Shown one piece after another: positions 1 through 8,396 of a stretch of 64,000 nucleotides of DNA. The stretch comes from an uncultured Gemmatimonadales bacterium (GTDB lineage: Bacteria; Gemmatimonadota; Gemmatimonadetes; Longimicrobiales; RSA9), in the NCBI GenBank assembly GCA_963741945.1, contig CAVUKA010000004.1, forward strand, positions 253,500 through 317,499. The letters are read 5' to 3'. The notes beneath the pieces are model-generated. The model saw only the letters and a list, made by a program, of their open reading frames with translations. It searched no databases and was not told the origin of the DNA. Position 1 is the stretch's first letter; every line of letters starts with the position of its first letter. A program made the translations under genes and the position numbers.

Positions 1-305
1 CGGAGCTCGAGGCCCGGCTGCCGCTCACCGGCGACATCTCCGTCACCACGCTCGCGGAACAGATGCGGCTCGCTCGGGCCCTGGACGTCGTGCAGGATCA
101 CCTGAAGCGACGGATGGACGCGCTCGTCATCGAGCAGTACGTGGGCTCGGACGACGCCGTGAACGCCTATTTCGACTATGCGTACGTGCTTTCGCTGCGC
201 GCGAAGCTCAGGGCGATCGGCCGCGAGATGGAGCTGATGATCGAGCTCATGACGGGCGACGCGCCGACACAGGACGAGGCGGAGGACCTCACGTTCGCCG
301 ATTGA
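1..305 (+). CDS. Hypothetical protein, 5'-truncated by the window edge
   Basis: Frame open from position 3 (ELEARLPLTGDISV...) to TGA at 303-305; host-like codon usage. Confidence 0.7.
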   Translation, partial: ELEARLPLTGDISVTTLAEQMRLARALDVVQDHLKRRMDALVIEQYVGSDDAVNAYFDYAYVLSLRAKLRAIGREMELMIELMTGDAPTQDEAEDLTFAD

Positions 306-380
306 CGCACGGCTCGGATGTGCGGAAAATGGGGCGGCCGGACCGAAGAGGCCCGGCCGCTCGTTCATCGAGGAGGATTT

Positions 381-1121
381 GTGGCCGACACTTCCTTTGA
401 TGGGCCCGATCTCTCCGGCGAGACGGTGTTCATCACGGGTGCATCCCGGGGGCTGGGTGCCGCGCTGACGCTCGCATTCGCCCGCGCCGGCGCCCGCCTC
501 GTCCTGTGCGCCCGTGGCGAGGAGGAGCTTGCTGCGGCCGCGAGTAACGCCCTGCGGATCGGTGCGGCGGTGGAGTGGCGGAGCGCGGACGTGACAGACG
601 AGAGAGCGATCGCCGCACTGGTCCGGGCCGCAGCGGACCGGTTCGGGCCGGTCTCGGTCCTGGTGAACAACGCCTCGCGACTCGGCTCGCGAACTCCCCT
701 GCGGGAGCAGGGGATCGACGAGTGGCGACGGACCGTTGATGTCAATCTCACCGGGGCCCTCATTCCGATCCAGGCGGTGCTGCCGGGCATGCGCGCCGCG
801 GGCGGTGGCTCCATCATCAATGTCTCCTCGGGCGTCGGCGACGTGCCGAGGAAACGGTGGGGTGCCTACGCGGTGAGCAAGTGGGCTGTCGAGGGGCTCA
901 GCCGCAATCTTGCGCTCGAAGAGGCGGACGCGGGCGTGCGCGTCAACATCGTGGACCCGGGCCGGCTTCGTACGCGGATGCGACGCGCCGCGTATCCGGC
1001 CGAGGACCCGCTCGACCCGGCGCCGCCGGAGTCCGCCACAGGCGTTTTCCTCTGGCTGGCGGCCCCGGCCTCGGCCGACACCTCCGGCCAGCGATTCCAG
1101 GCACTGGAGTGGCCCGGCTGA
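381..1121 (+). CDS. Short-chain dehydrogenase/reductase (SDR)
   Basis: TGASRGLG, LVNNA and YAVSK motifs; AGGAGG RBS before GTG at 381. Confidence 0.92.
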   Translation: MADTSFDGPDLSGETVFITGASRGLGAALTLAFARAGARLVLCARGEEELAAAASNALRIGAAVEWRSADVTDERAIAALVRAAADRFGPVSVLVNNASRLGSRTPLREQGIDEWRRTVDVNLTGALIPIQAVLPGMRAAGGGSIINVSSGVGDVPRKRWGAYAVSKWAVEGLSRNLALEEADAGVRVNIVDPGRLRTRMRRAAYPAEDPLDPAPPESATGVFLWLAAPASADTSGQRFQALEWPG

Positions 1122-1168
1122 GGCAGCGATCCGCCAACCGCACTCGAATCCCAACAGGAGACCGATCC

Positions 1169-1498
1169 ATGCGACGACTTCAGCTTCCGCTCCTCCTCGT
1201 CCTCGGCGTCGCGGTCAGCGCCTGCACGCGCGGTGTTACGCTCAATCCAGAGCCGGAGACGATTTACGCGGTCAACGTGACGAACGATCTTGCGGAGCCG
1301 ATGATCGTTTCCTTCGATGACGGCAGCGGCACGCGGCTGCTCGGGACGGTGGCCGCGGGCGGAACGGAGCGATTCGTGCTGGCGGGCGCAGCAAGCCAGA
1401 CCGTCTCGATCATTGCGAGAAACGAGGCCGACACGCGCACGGTCCGACGATCCGTGACCCTGGTACCCGGCGAAACCGTGGCAGTCCGGCTGAACTGA
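1169..1498 (+). CDS. Small lipoprotein of unknown function
   Basis: AGGAG RBS; MRR + hydrophobic stretch + lipobox VSAC; beta-rich mature part. Confidence 0.75.
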   Translation: MRRLQLPLLLVLGVAVSACTRGVTLNPEPETIYAVNVTNDLAEPMIVSFDDGSGTRLLGTVAAGGTERFVLAGAASQTVSIIARNEADTRTVRRSVTLVPGETVAVRLN

Positions 1499-1563
1499 AG
1501 CGGTGCTGGACCGGCCACGGCGGCGTGCCCCCAGGGTCCGGGGCTCCGCTCCGGTGGCCGGCG

Positions 1564-2652
1564 TCAGTCGCCGAAAGAAATGCCGAGGTCGCGGGCCGTC
1601 TGCACGATGTCGGAGTCGGGCGGCACGACCTTGATCCGGGCTATGGCTTCCTCGAGCGGCACGGCCCGCACGTCCGGCGGATCCAGGGCGATCATGGTGC
1701 CGTACTTCTTTTGCTCCACGGCCCGGATCGCGGCTGCGCCGAACCGAAGAGCGATCAGGCGGTCATAGGCAATGGGTGAGCCGCCACGCTGCAGGTGGCC
1801 GAGGACCAGCGAGCGCGTCTCCTTCCCTGTCTCGGCGGCCACTTCCGCCGCCACACGCTCCGCCATGCCGCCATAGCGGGCAGCGCGGCCCGGTCGCGCT
1901 TCCTCGAGCAGAGCGGGCTCCCCTTTCGCCGGTCTGGCGCCTTCCGCCACGACGATGATCGAGAAGCGGCGGCCGGTCCGATCCCGCTCCCGGATCTTCT
2001 CGTAGACCCGCTCCATGCGGAACGGGATCTCCGGGATCAGGATCACGTCCGCCGTGGCGCTGACCCCCGCGTAGAGGGCGATCCATCCCGTGTTCCGGCC
2101 CATGAGCTCGACCACCATGACGCGCTCGTGGCTCTCGGCCGTGGAATGGAGCTTGTCCAGTGCTTCCGATGCGGTCTGGACGGCGGTATGGAACCCGAAC
2201 GTGACCTGGGTGGCGGAAAGGTCGTTGTCGATGGTCTTCGGCACGCCCACCACGGGCATCCCCTTCTTCGCGAGCCGGTTCGCTATGTGGAGCGATCCGT
2301 CGCCACCGATGGCGATCAGCGAATCGAAGCCGCGACTGCGGAACGACTCGATGATCTCGTCCGAGCGGTCCACCGTGGTCACCGTTCCGTCCTCGTGCTG
2401 CACGGGCCATTCGAATGGATTGCCGCGGTTCGTCGTTCCCAGGATGGTCCCGCCCAGGTGAGTGATGCCCCGAACCGTCTCTGAATCCAGGCGGACGATC
2501 GCGTCCTCGCCCAGCAGACCCGCATACCCTTTCCGGATGCCGTGAATCTCCCAGCCGCGATTCAGCGCCGACAGCACCGTCGCCCGGATGACCGCGTTCA
2601 GCCCGGGCGCATCCCCGCCGCCCGTGCTGATCGCCACTCGCCGAAAGCTCAT
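1564..2652 (-). CDS. pfkA: 6-phosphofructokinase
   Basis: TGGGDAPGLN, GGTILGT, IGGDGS, PKTIDND, ELMGR and LGHLQRGG motifs. Confidence 0.95.
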   Translation of the reverse strand: MSFRRVAISTGGGDAPGLNAVIRATVLSALNRGWEIHGIRKGYAGLLGEDAIVRLDSETVRGITHLGGTILGTTNRGNPFEWPVQHEDGTVTTVDRSDEIIESFRSRGFDSLIAIGGDGSLHIANRLAKKGMPVVGVPKTIDNDLSATQVTFGFHTAVQTASEALDKLHSTAESHERVMVVELMGRNTGWIALYAGVSATADVILIPEIPFRMERVYEKIRERDRTGRRFSIIVVAEGARPAKGEPALLEEARPGRAARYGGMAERVAAEVAAETGKETRSLVLGHLQRGGSPIAYDRLIALRFGAAAIRAVEQKKYGTMIALDPPDVRAVPLEEAIARIKVVPPDSDIVQTARDLGISFGD

Positions 2653-2668
2653 GCCCCGCCCCTGTCGC

Positions 2669-2893
2669 TCACGTTTCTTCCAGACGCGCCCGCACTTCGT
2701 CCCACTCGGCGTGTCGTCCGGTATGCTTCTTCGAATAGATCAATTTCCCATCTCGACGGACTTCGAACACGCCGCCCCTCGACTCGATCAGCTCGACCGT
2801 GGCGCCGGGGAACGCCTCCGTGATTCGTGCCTCCATCCTGGAGGCTCTCGGGAGATAATTTCACATTCCACAATATTCGATGCTCACGTGCAT
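2669..2893 (-). CDS. Rdx (SelW/SelT/SelH) family selenoprotein, 74 aa, Sec encoded by TGA at 2861-2863
   Basis: Reading through TGA gives MHVSIEYCGM-U-NYLPRASRMEARITEAFPGATVELIESRGGVFEVRRDGKLIYSKKHTGRHAEWDEVRARLEET, with Rdx CxxU and GxFEV...LIYSK motifs; GAGGAG RBS. Confidence 0.9.
2829..2845 (-). promoter_or_regulatory. Putative bacterial SECIS hairpin
   Basis: GCCTCCA-GGA-TGGAGGC stem-loop starting 15 nt after the in-frame UGA, with G in the apical loop. Confidence 0.75.
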
Positions 2894-3256
2894 GGCCTCT
2901 GCTCCTCTCTCGTGTGGAGGATAGGTTGCCTGTATGGAGCCCGACGAGCAAGAACCGTTCGTCCGCACGCGCCTGACGCTGCGACGCCGCTCATCCACCC
3001 TCCACGGCCATGGTTTCACGTTCGGCGGCGGCGGCGACGACGAGAGTGGAGCCGCGCCGGCGAAGCTCGTCCGGCGTCGCCCGCAACGGGGCCAGAACAT
3101 TCGGCTCTCACATCTGCGGCCATCAGGCAGGTGGTCGGGGATGCCGGTGCGGACCCGGCCCGCGGGGGAAGGCTGAAGGCTCCGGCATCAGGGGCCGGGT
3201 CCGTTGGGAGAAGATGGACTGGCCTCGGGGCGGTGGGCAAGTGCTTCGCCGCCATG

Positions 3257-3284
3257 TTGCAGCCGCGGGACGGCGCGGTAGATT
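3257..3284 (+). promoter_or_regulatory. Putative sigma70 promoter for the DUF59 gene
   Basis: TTGCAG-16 nt-TAGATT. Confidence 0.45.
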
Positions 3285-3410
3285 TCACACGGGCGGCCCC
3301 CGCCGCGGGCGCTCGGAGGCCGCAGCGCGGGCGGCCGGTCGAACGGTGAGCGTCCTGCGGGGTACGCCACGATCAAGCATCTGACCATTCACCCGGAAGC
3401 CCTTGCCTGG

Positions 3411-3707
3411 ATGACTGACGAGAAGACGGTGATGAAGGCGCTCCGAAACGTGAAGGACCCGGAGCTCAACCTGGACCTCGTGGTCCTCGGCCTGATCTAC
3501 GGTGTGGACGTACACGGGGACCACGTGCACGTTCGCATGTCCCTCACGACTCCCATGTGTCCTGCTGCCGACCAGATCCTGATGGACGCGAAGCGCGAGG
3601 TGGAAGCGCTCGAGGGGGTCGACTACGCGGAAGTGGAGCTCACGTTCGACCCGCCGTGGAGCCCCGAGAAGATGGACCCGCTCATCCGCGCCTCCCTCGG
3701 TCTCTGA
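3411..3707 (+). CDS. DUF59/SufT/PaaD-like metal-sulfur cluster assembly factor
   Basis: VKDPELNLDLVVLGLIY, SLTTPMCP and FDPPWS motifs. Confidence 0.92.
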   Translation: MTDEKTVMKALRNVKDPELNLDLVVLGLIYGVDVHGDHVHVRMSLTTPMCPAADQILMDAKREVEALEGVDYAEVELTFDPPWSPEKMDPLIRASLGL

Positions 3708-3715
3708 CCAGCCCG

Positions 3716-4561
3716 ATGGTGCGGCTGCGGTTCTCGGATGCGGGGCCCCGGGAAGCCACGCGGGGGACCGTCGTGTTCATCCACGGCTTCCCCTTCGACG
3801 GAACGGTGTGGGAGCACCAGCTCGCCGCACCCCCCGAGGGCTGGCGCGCCCTGGCGCCGGACCTCCGCGGCTTCGGCGGCACCTCAATGGGCGATTTCCC
3901 GGACGAGGTGTCGTCCGGACGAAAGGCGGGCGGCGGTATTGCACGCTCGGAGGAGAGCGTGCTCACCATGGACCGCCTCGCCGACGACGTGGCCGCGCTG
4001 ATCGATGCTGAGGTGGGCGGCCCCGCAGTGATCTGCGGGCTATCCATGGGCGGGTACGTGGCCTTCTCCCTGTGGCGACGACGCCCCGATCTCGTCCGCG
4101 CCCTCGTCCTCGCCGACACCCGGCCGGAAGCCGATTCCGACGAGGGGCGGGAGAACCGCCGGCGGACCGCCCAGGTCGTGCGCGCCTCCGGCTCCCGACC
4201 GCTCGCCGCAGGGATGCTGGGCAGTCTCCTCGCCCCCGCAACGCTGAGCGGCGACCCCGAAACGACCGGGCACGTGGAGCGGATGATCGTGGGCACGGCG
4301 CCGGCCACGCTGATCGCAGCGCTGGCCGGGATGGCCGCCCGCCGCGACAGCACCGCCGAGCTCCCGGGCATCTCCGTGCCCACGCTCGTGATCGTGGGCG
4401 AACACGATGCCATCACGCCACCCGAAGTGGCACACGCCATGGCGGAGGCGATCCCCGGCGCGAAGCTCGAAACCATTCCCGGCGCGGCGCACCTGGCGTG
4501 CATGGAAGCGCCGGACGCCTTCAACCAGGCGCTCGCGGACTTTCTCGTCGATCTGCCCTGA
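3716..4561 (+). CDS. Alpha/beta-fold hydrolase (enol-lactonase-like)
   Basis: HGFP, PDLRGFG, nucleophile GLSMGG, GEHD and catalytic His in GAAH. Confidence 0.9.
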   Translation: MVRLRFSDAGPREATRGTVVFIHGFPFDGTVWEHQLAAPPEGWRALAPDLRGFGGTSMGDFPDEVSSGRKAGGGIARSEESVLTMDRLADDVAALIDAEVGGPAVICGLSMGGYVAFSLWRRRPDLVRALVLADTRPEADSDEGRENRRRTAQVVRASGSRPLAAGMLGSLLAPATLSGDPETTGHVERMIVGTAPATLIAALAGMAARRDSTAELPGISVPTLVIVGEHDAITPPEVAHAMAEAIPGAKLETIPGAAHLACMEAPDAFNQALADFLVDLP

Positions 4562-4572
4562 GCGGCTCGCCG

Positions 4573-7089
4573 CTACTCGTCGTCTTCCGCTGCCGCCACC
4601 AGCTCGAGCTGCTCGTCGGTGTCGCCGCGCTCCGCCCCTTCCTGCCTGCGCTCCGACTCCCGCTCTGAAGCCACCCGGCTGATTTCCACGATCCGATCCC
4701 CCGTCTTCACATTCACCAGGAGCTTGCCCTGCGTGGCCCGGCCCTGCACGGGGACCTGCGCGGCTGCGAGGCGCCCGGCCTGCCCGCCCGCGGTGATCAC
4801 CATCAGCTCGTCACCCTCGAGCATCTCCTTGGCGCCCACGAGCGGGCCCGTCCGGTCGCTCACGCTCAGCGCCGCCATCCCCTGACCACCGCGCCCCTGG
4901 ACGCGGAAATCCCCGATCGGGGTACGCTTCCCGAAGCCATTGGCGGTCACGCACGCCAGCGTGGCGTCGCGCCGGACCACCACCATGCCCACGACGACGT
5001 CGCCCTTCTTCATCCGGACGCCGATCACGCCCTGCGCGTTCCGCCCCACTTCCGGCACATCGGTCTCGGGGAATCGGATCGCGCGGCCGCCCGCCGTGAC
5101 CAGCACCACATCGTTGATGCCCTCGCTCACCCGCACGTCCAGCAGCTCGTCCCCGTCCTTCAGGTTGATGGCATTGATGCCGCCGGCCCGTACGTTGGCG
5201 AACTCGGCCAGCGGTGTTCGCTTCACGATGCCGCCCCGGGTCAGGAACACCAGGTCGATCTCGGCTTCGTACTCGTTCACGGGCAGGAGCGCGGCCACCC
5301 GCATGTCGGCCTGGAAGCCGAGGAGCTGGTTGAGCGCGCGGCCGCGCGATGCCCGGCCGCCTTCCGGGAGGTCCAGCACTGCGATCTCGTACGCCTGTCC
5401 GTCCGCCGTGACCACGAGCACGGCATCATGGGTGCTGGCGATGAAGACGTGCTCGAGGAAGTCGTCCTCGTACTTCTCCATCCCGGCCAGCGCCTTCCCG
5501 CTGGTGACCCGACGCCGGTAGAGCGAGACGGGCATCCGGTTGATGTAGCCCTCGTGCGACACGGTGATGACCACGTCCTCCTGCGCCACCATGTCCTCCA
5601 TCTTGAACTCCGCGTCGCCCTCCAGGATGGTGGTGCGGCGGCCATCCCCGTACTTCTCCACGACCTCCGCCGTCTCCGCCAGCAGCACCGCCGCCTGCTT
5701 CTCGTCGGAGTCCAGCAGATCGTACAGCTCCCGGATCTGCTTCTTCAGCTCCTTCAGCCGGGCCCGCAACTCCCGCGTCTCCAGCTCGGTGAGCCGATGG
5801 AGGCGCATGTTCAGAATGGCGTCCGCCTGGATGTGCGAGAGCTCGAATCGTGCCTGCAGCCGCTCGCTCGCCTGCTCCTTCCCCTTCGAGTCCCGGATGA
5901 TGCGGATCACCTCGTCGATATTGTCGAGCGCGGTGATCAGCCCCTCGGTGATGTGCGCTTCCGCCTTCGCCTGCTCCAGCTCGTACGCCGCCCGCCGCTG
6001 GATGACCTCGATGCGGTGCTCGCGAAACTTCTCGAGCAGCTCCTTGAGGTTCATCTCCCGCGGCACGCCGTGATCCAGCGCCAGCATGATGGCGCCGAAC
6101 GTGGCCTGCATGTACGTCTTCTTGTACAGCTTGTTGAGGACCGGCTTCACCTTCGCGCCGCGCTTCAGCTCGATCACGATGCGCATGCCGTCCCGGTCAC
6201 TCTCATCCCGCAGGTCGCTCACGTCATCCAGCTTCTTCTGCCGGACGAGGTCGGCCACCTGCTCGATCACTTTCGACTTGCTCACGCCGTACGGCAGCTC
6301 CGTGACCACCAGCTGCTCTTTTCCCCCGCGCTTCGCCTCGCGCACGACCCGGGCACGCATGGTCATCCGACCGCGCCCGGTGCGGTACGCTTCCAGGATC
6401 CCCTCCGTGCCGATGATGAAGCCGCCCGTGGGGAAGTCCGGCCCGGGGATGTGGGCGATGAGGTCGTCCACGGTGCAGTCGGGCTGCTCCACCAGGTGGC
6501 GGAGCGCGGCCGCCACTTCCCGCAGGCTGTGCGGCGGCACGTTGGTGGCCATGCCCACCGCGATGCCGGACGACCCGTTGATCAGCAGGTTCGGCAGCTT
6601 CGATGGCAGCACCACGGGCTCATCGCGCTGGTCGTCGAACGTGCGGGCGAAGTCGACGGTGTCCTTGTCGAGGTCGGTCAGGAGGTCCGTGGCCAGCGCC
6701 TGCAGGCGCGCTTCCGTGTAGCGGTAGGCCGCCGCGTTGTCGCCATCGATGGAGCCGAAGTTCCCCTGCCCGTCCACCAGCGGGTAGCGCAGCGAGAACT
6801 CCTGGACCATCCGGACCATGGCGTCGTACACCGCGCTGTCCCCGTGCGGGTGGTACTTCCCCAGGACCTCGCCCACCACGCTTGCGGACTTCTTGTACGG
6901 GCGTCCGGGGTTCAGTCCCAGGTCGCTCATGGCGTACAGGATGCGCCGGTGCACCGGCTTCAGCCCATCCCGCACATCCGGCAGCGCCCGCTGCACGATC
7001 ACGCTCATTGAATAGTCGAGGAAGGACTCCCGCATCTCCTCCTCGATGAGTCGCGGCACCACACGCTCACGCCGCTGCGGCATCACCAT
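4573..7089 (-). CDS. gyrA: Type IIA topoisomerase subunit A (GyrA/ParC family; GyrA-box degenerate)
   Basis: [22 protein letters not shown], catalytic AAYRYTE, beta-pinwheel CTD repeats. Confidence 0.9.
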   Translation of the reverse strand: MVMPQRRERVVPRLIEEEMRESFLDYSMSVIVQRALPDVRDGLKPVHRRILYAMSDLGLNPGRPYKKSASVVGEVLGKYHPHGDSAVYDAMVRMVQEFSLRYPLVDGQGNFGSIDGDNAAAYRYTEARLQALATDLLTDLDKDTVDFARTFDDQRDEPVVLPSKLPNLLINGSSGIAVGMATNVPPHSLREVAAALRHLVEQPDCTVDDLIAHIPGPDFPTGGFIIGTEGILEAYRTGRGRMTMRARVVREAKRGGKEQLVVTELPYGVSKSKVIEQVADLVRQKKLDDVSDLRDESDRDGMRIVIELKRGAKVKPVLNKLYKKTYMQATFGAIMLALDHGVPREMNLKELLEKFREHRIEVIQRRAAYELEQAKAEAHITEGLITALDNIDEVIRIIRDSKGKEQASERLQARFELSHIQADAILNMRLHRLTELETRELRARLKELKKQIRELYDLLDSDEKQAAVLLAETAEVVEKYGDGRRTTILEGDAEFKMEDMVAQEDVVITVSHEGYINRMPVSLYRRRVTSGKALAGMEKYEDDFLEHVFIASTHDAVLVVTADGQAYEIAVLDLPEGGRASRGRALNQLLGFQADMRVAALLPVNEYEAEIDLVFLTRGGIVKRTPLAEFANVRAGGINAINLKDGDELLDVRVSEGINDVVLVTAGGRAIRFPETDVPEVGRNAQGVIGVRMKKGDVVVGMVVVRRDATLACVTANGFGKRTPIGDFRVQGRGGQGMAALSVSDRTGPLVGAKEMLEGDELMVITAGGQAGRLAAAQVPVQGRATQGKLLVNVKTGDRIVEISRVASERESERRQEGAERGDTDEQLELVAAAEDDE

Positions 7090-7281
7090 CTAGGCTCTCC
7101 GTCCACTACAGGTTGGGGATCTCGCGCCCGGGTTCCCCAATCTGTGGGATGGCGATGCTTTCGTCGAGCCGCGGCCTTCCCGCTGATTTTCGGAGAATCG
7201 CCGCATGCCCGGCCATGGGAGGGGCGCGACCGGAGCGGCGAGGAGGAGCCGCCGCTCGTGAACGTGTGGCGGCAAATCGAG

Positions 7282-8208
7282 CTATCGCCGCACCACCTGC
7301 CTGGCCACGAACCAGAGGTTGGCCGGTCGCTCCGCCAGGCGCCGCACGTACCAGGGGTACCAGCGCTCGCCGTAGGAGATCAGCACGCGCACCACCTCGC
7401 CCTCCCCGGCCAGGCGCTGCTGGAGATCGGCCCGGATACCGTACAGCATGTGGAACTCGATCTGACCGGGACGCAGGCCGCGCGCCCGCGCGGACTGGCG
7501 GAGTCGTCCGATCAGCCCGGCATCGTGGGTGCCGAACACGGGAGCGGCAGCCTCGATGTAGTCCCGGTCCTCGATCATGCGCGCGGCCAGGTCGTGAAAG
7601 CGCCGGTCGACCTCCTTCTTCCGGGGGATGGCCACATCGGGCCGCTCCCGGTACGCGCCTTTCACGAGGCGCACGCGGATGGCGGCGCGGCGGAGCCGAT
7701 CCAGGTCGGCCGGGGTCCGGTGGAGGTAGGCCTGCAGGCAAACGCCCACGCCCGGCGACTCCTGCCCGACCGCAGTCACGAGATCGAGCGTGCGGTCCAC
7801 GTAGGAGCTGTCCTCCATGTCGACCCAGATCGTGCTGCCCATCTCCCCCGCCCTGCGCACCAGCCGCTCCAGGTTCCGGAGCGCAACGTCCTCCCCGAGG
7901 TCCAGCCCGAGGTGTGTCGGCTTCACCGAAACCTGCCCGGGGATGTCGAGCTCCGCGGCACGGGCCAGCACCTGCTCGTAATGCGACGCCGTGCCGGCCG
8001 CCTCCCCGGGCGTCCTCACGTTCTCCCCCAGCTGGGTGAAAACGGCCCCGATTCCGCTCCGCCCCAGCGTCGCCGCCGCCGCCACCGCGTCATCCAGCGC
8101 TTCACCGGGCATGAACCGGCGCACCGCCCGGCGGGCGAAAGCCCGCTGCGTGGCGAAGCGCTCCAGCGCCGCCGACCGGGACATGCTCAGCAGGACGGAT
8201 CGGATCAT
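7282..8208 (-). CDS. Monofunctional proline dehydrogenase
   Basis: SVKPTHLG, VDMED, LQAYL, RLVKGAY, GTHD and YVRRLAERPAN motifs. Confidence 0.93.
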   Translation of the reverse strand: MIRSVLLSMSRSAALERFATQRAFARRAVRRFMPGEALDDAVAAAATLGRSGIGAVFTQLGENVRTPGEAAGTASHYEQVLARAAELDIPGQVSVKPTHLGLDLGEDVALRNLERLVRRAGEMGSTIWVDMEDSSYVDRTLDLVTAVGQESPGVGVCLQAYLHRTPADLDRLRRAAIRVRLVKGAYRERPDVAIPRKKEVDRRFHDLAARMIEDRDYIEAAAPVFGTHDAGLIGRLRQSARARGLRPGQIEFHMLYGIRADLQQRLAGEGEVVRVLISYGERWYPWYVRRLAERPANLWFVARQVVRR

Positions 8209-8396
8209 GGGGGGCGTGCTCCTGCGTGGGTTCGGGTCTGAACCGGCGTGGCGGCGTGCGCCGGGCAAGGATCGTCGGCAGTCCGGCCGCCCATGGTTTT
8301 ACCGCCGGCGCGAACGGGGTGTCAAGCCGGCGACGGCCGCCGGGTCGTCCTGTTCCGCTATTCCGCTGCCCCGGTCTGCTGGCGGTATTCGGCCCC

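Noticed and set aside
2934-3176. 80-aa plus-strand ORF divergent from the selenoprotein
   Set aside because: Arg/Gly-rich with no motif, and it starts only 40 bp from the selenoprotein start; cannot be supported.
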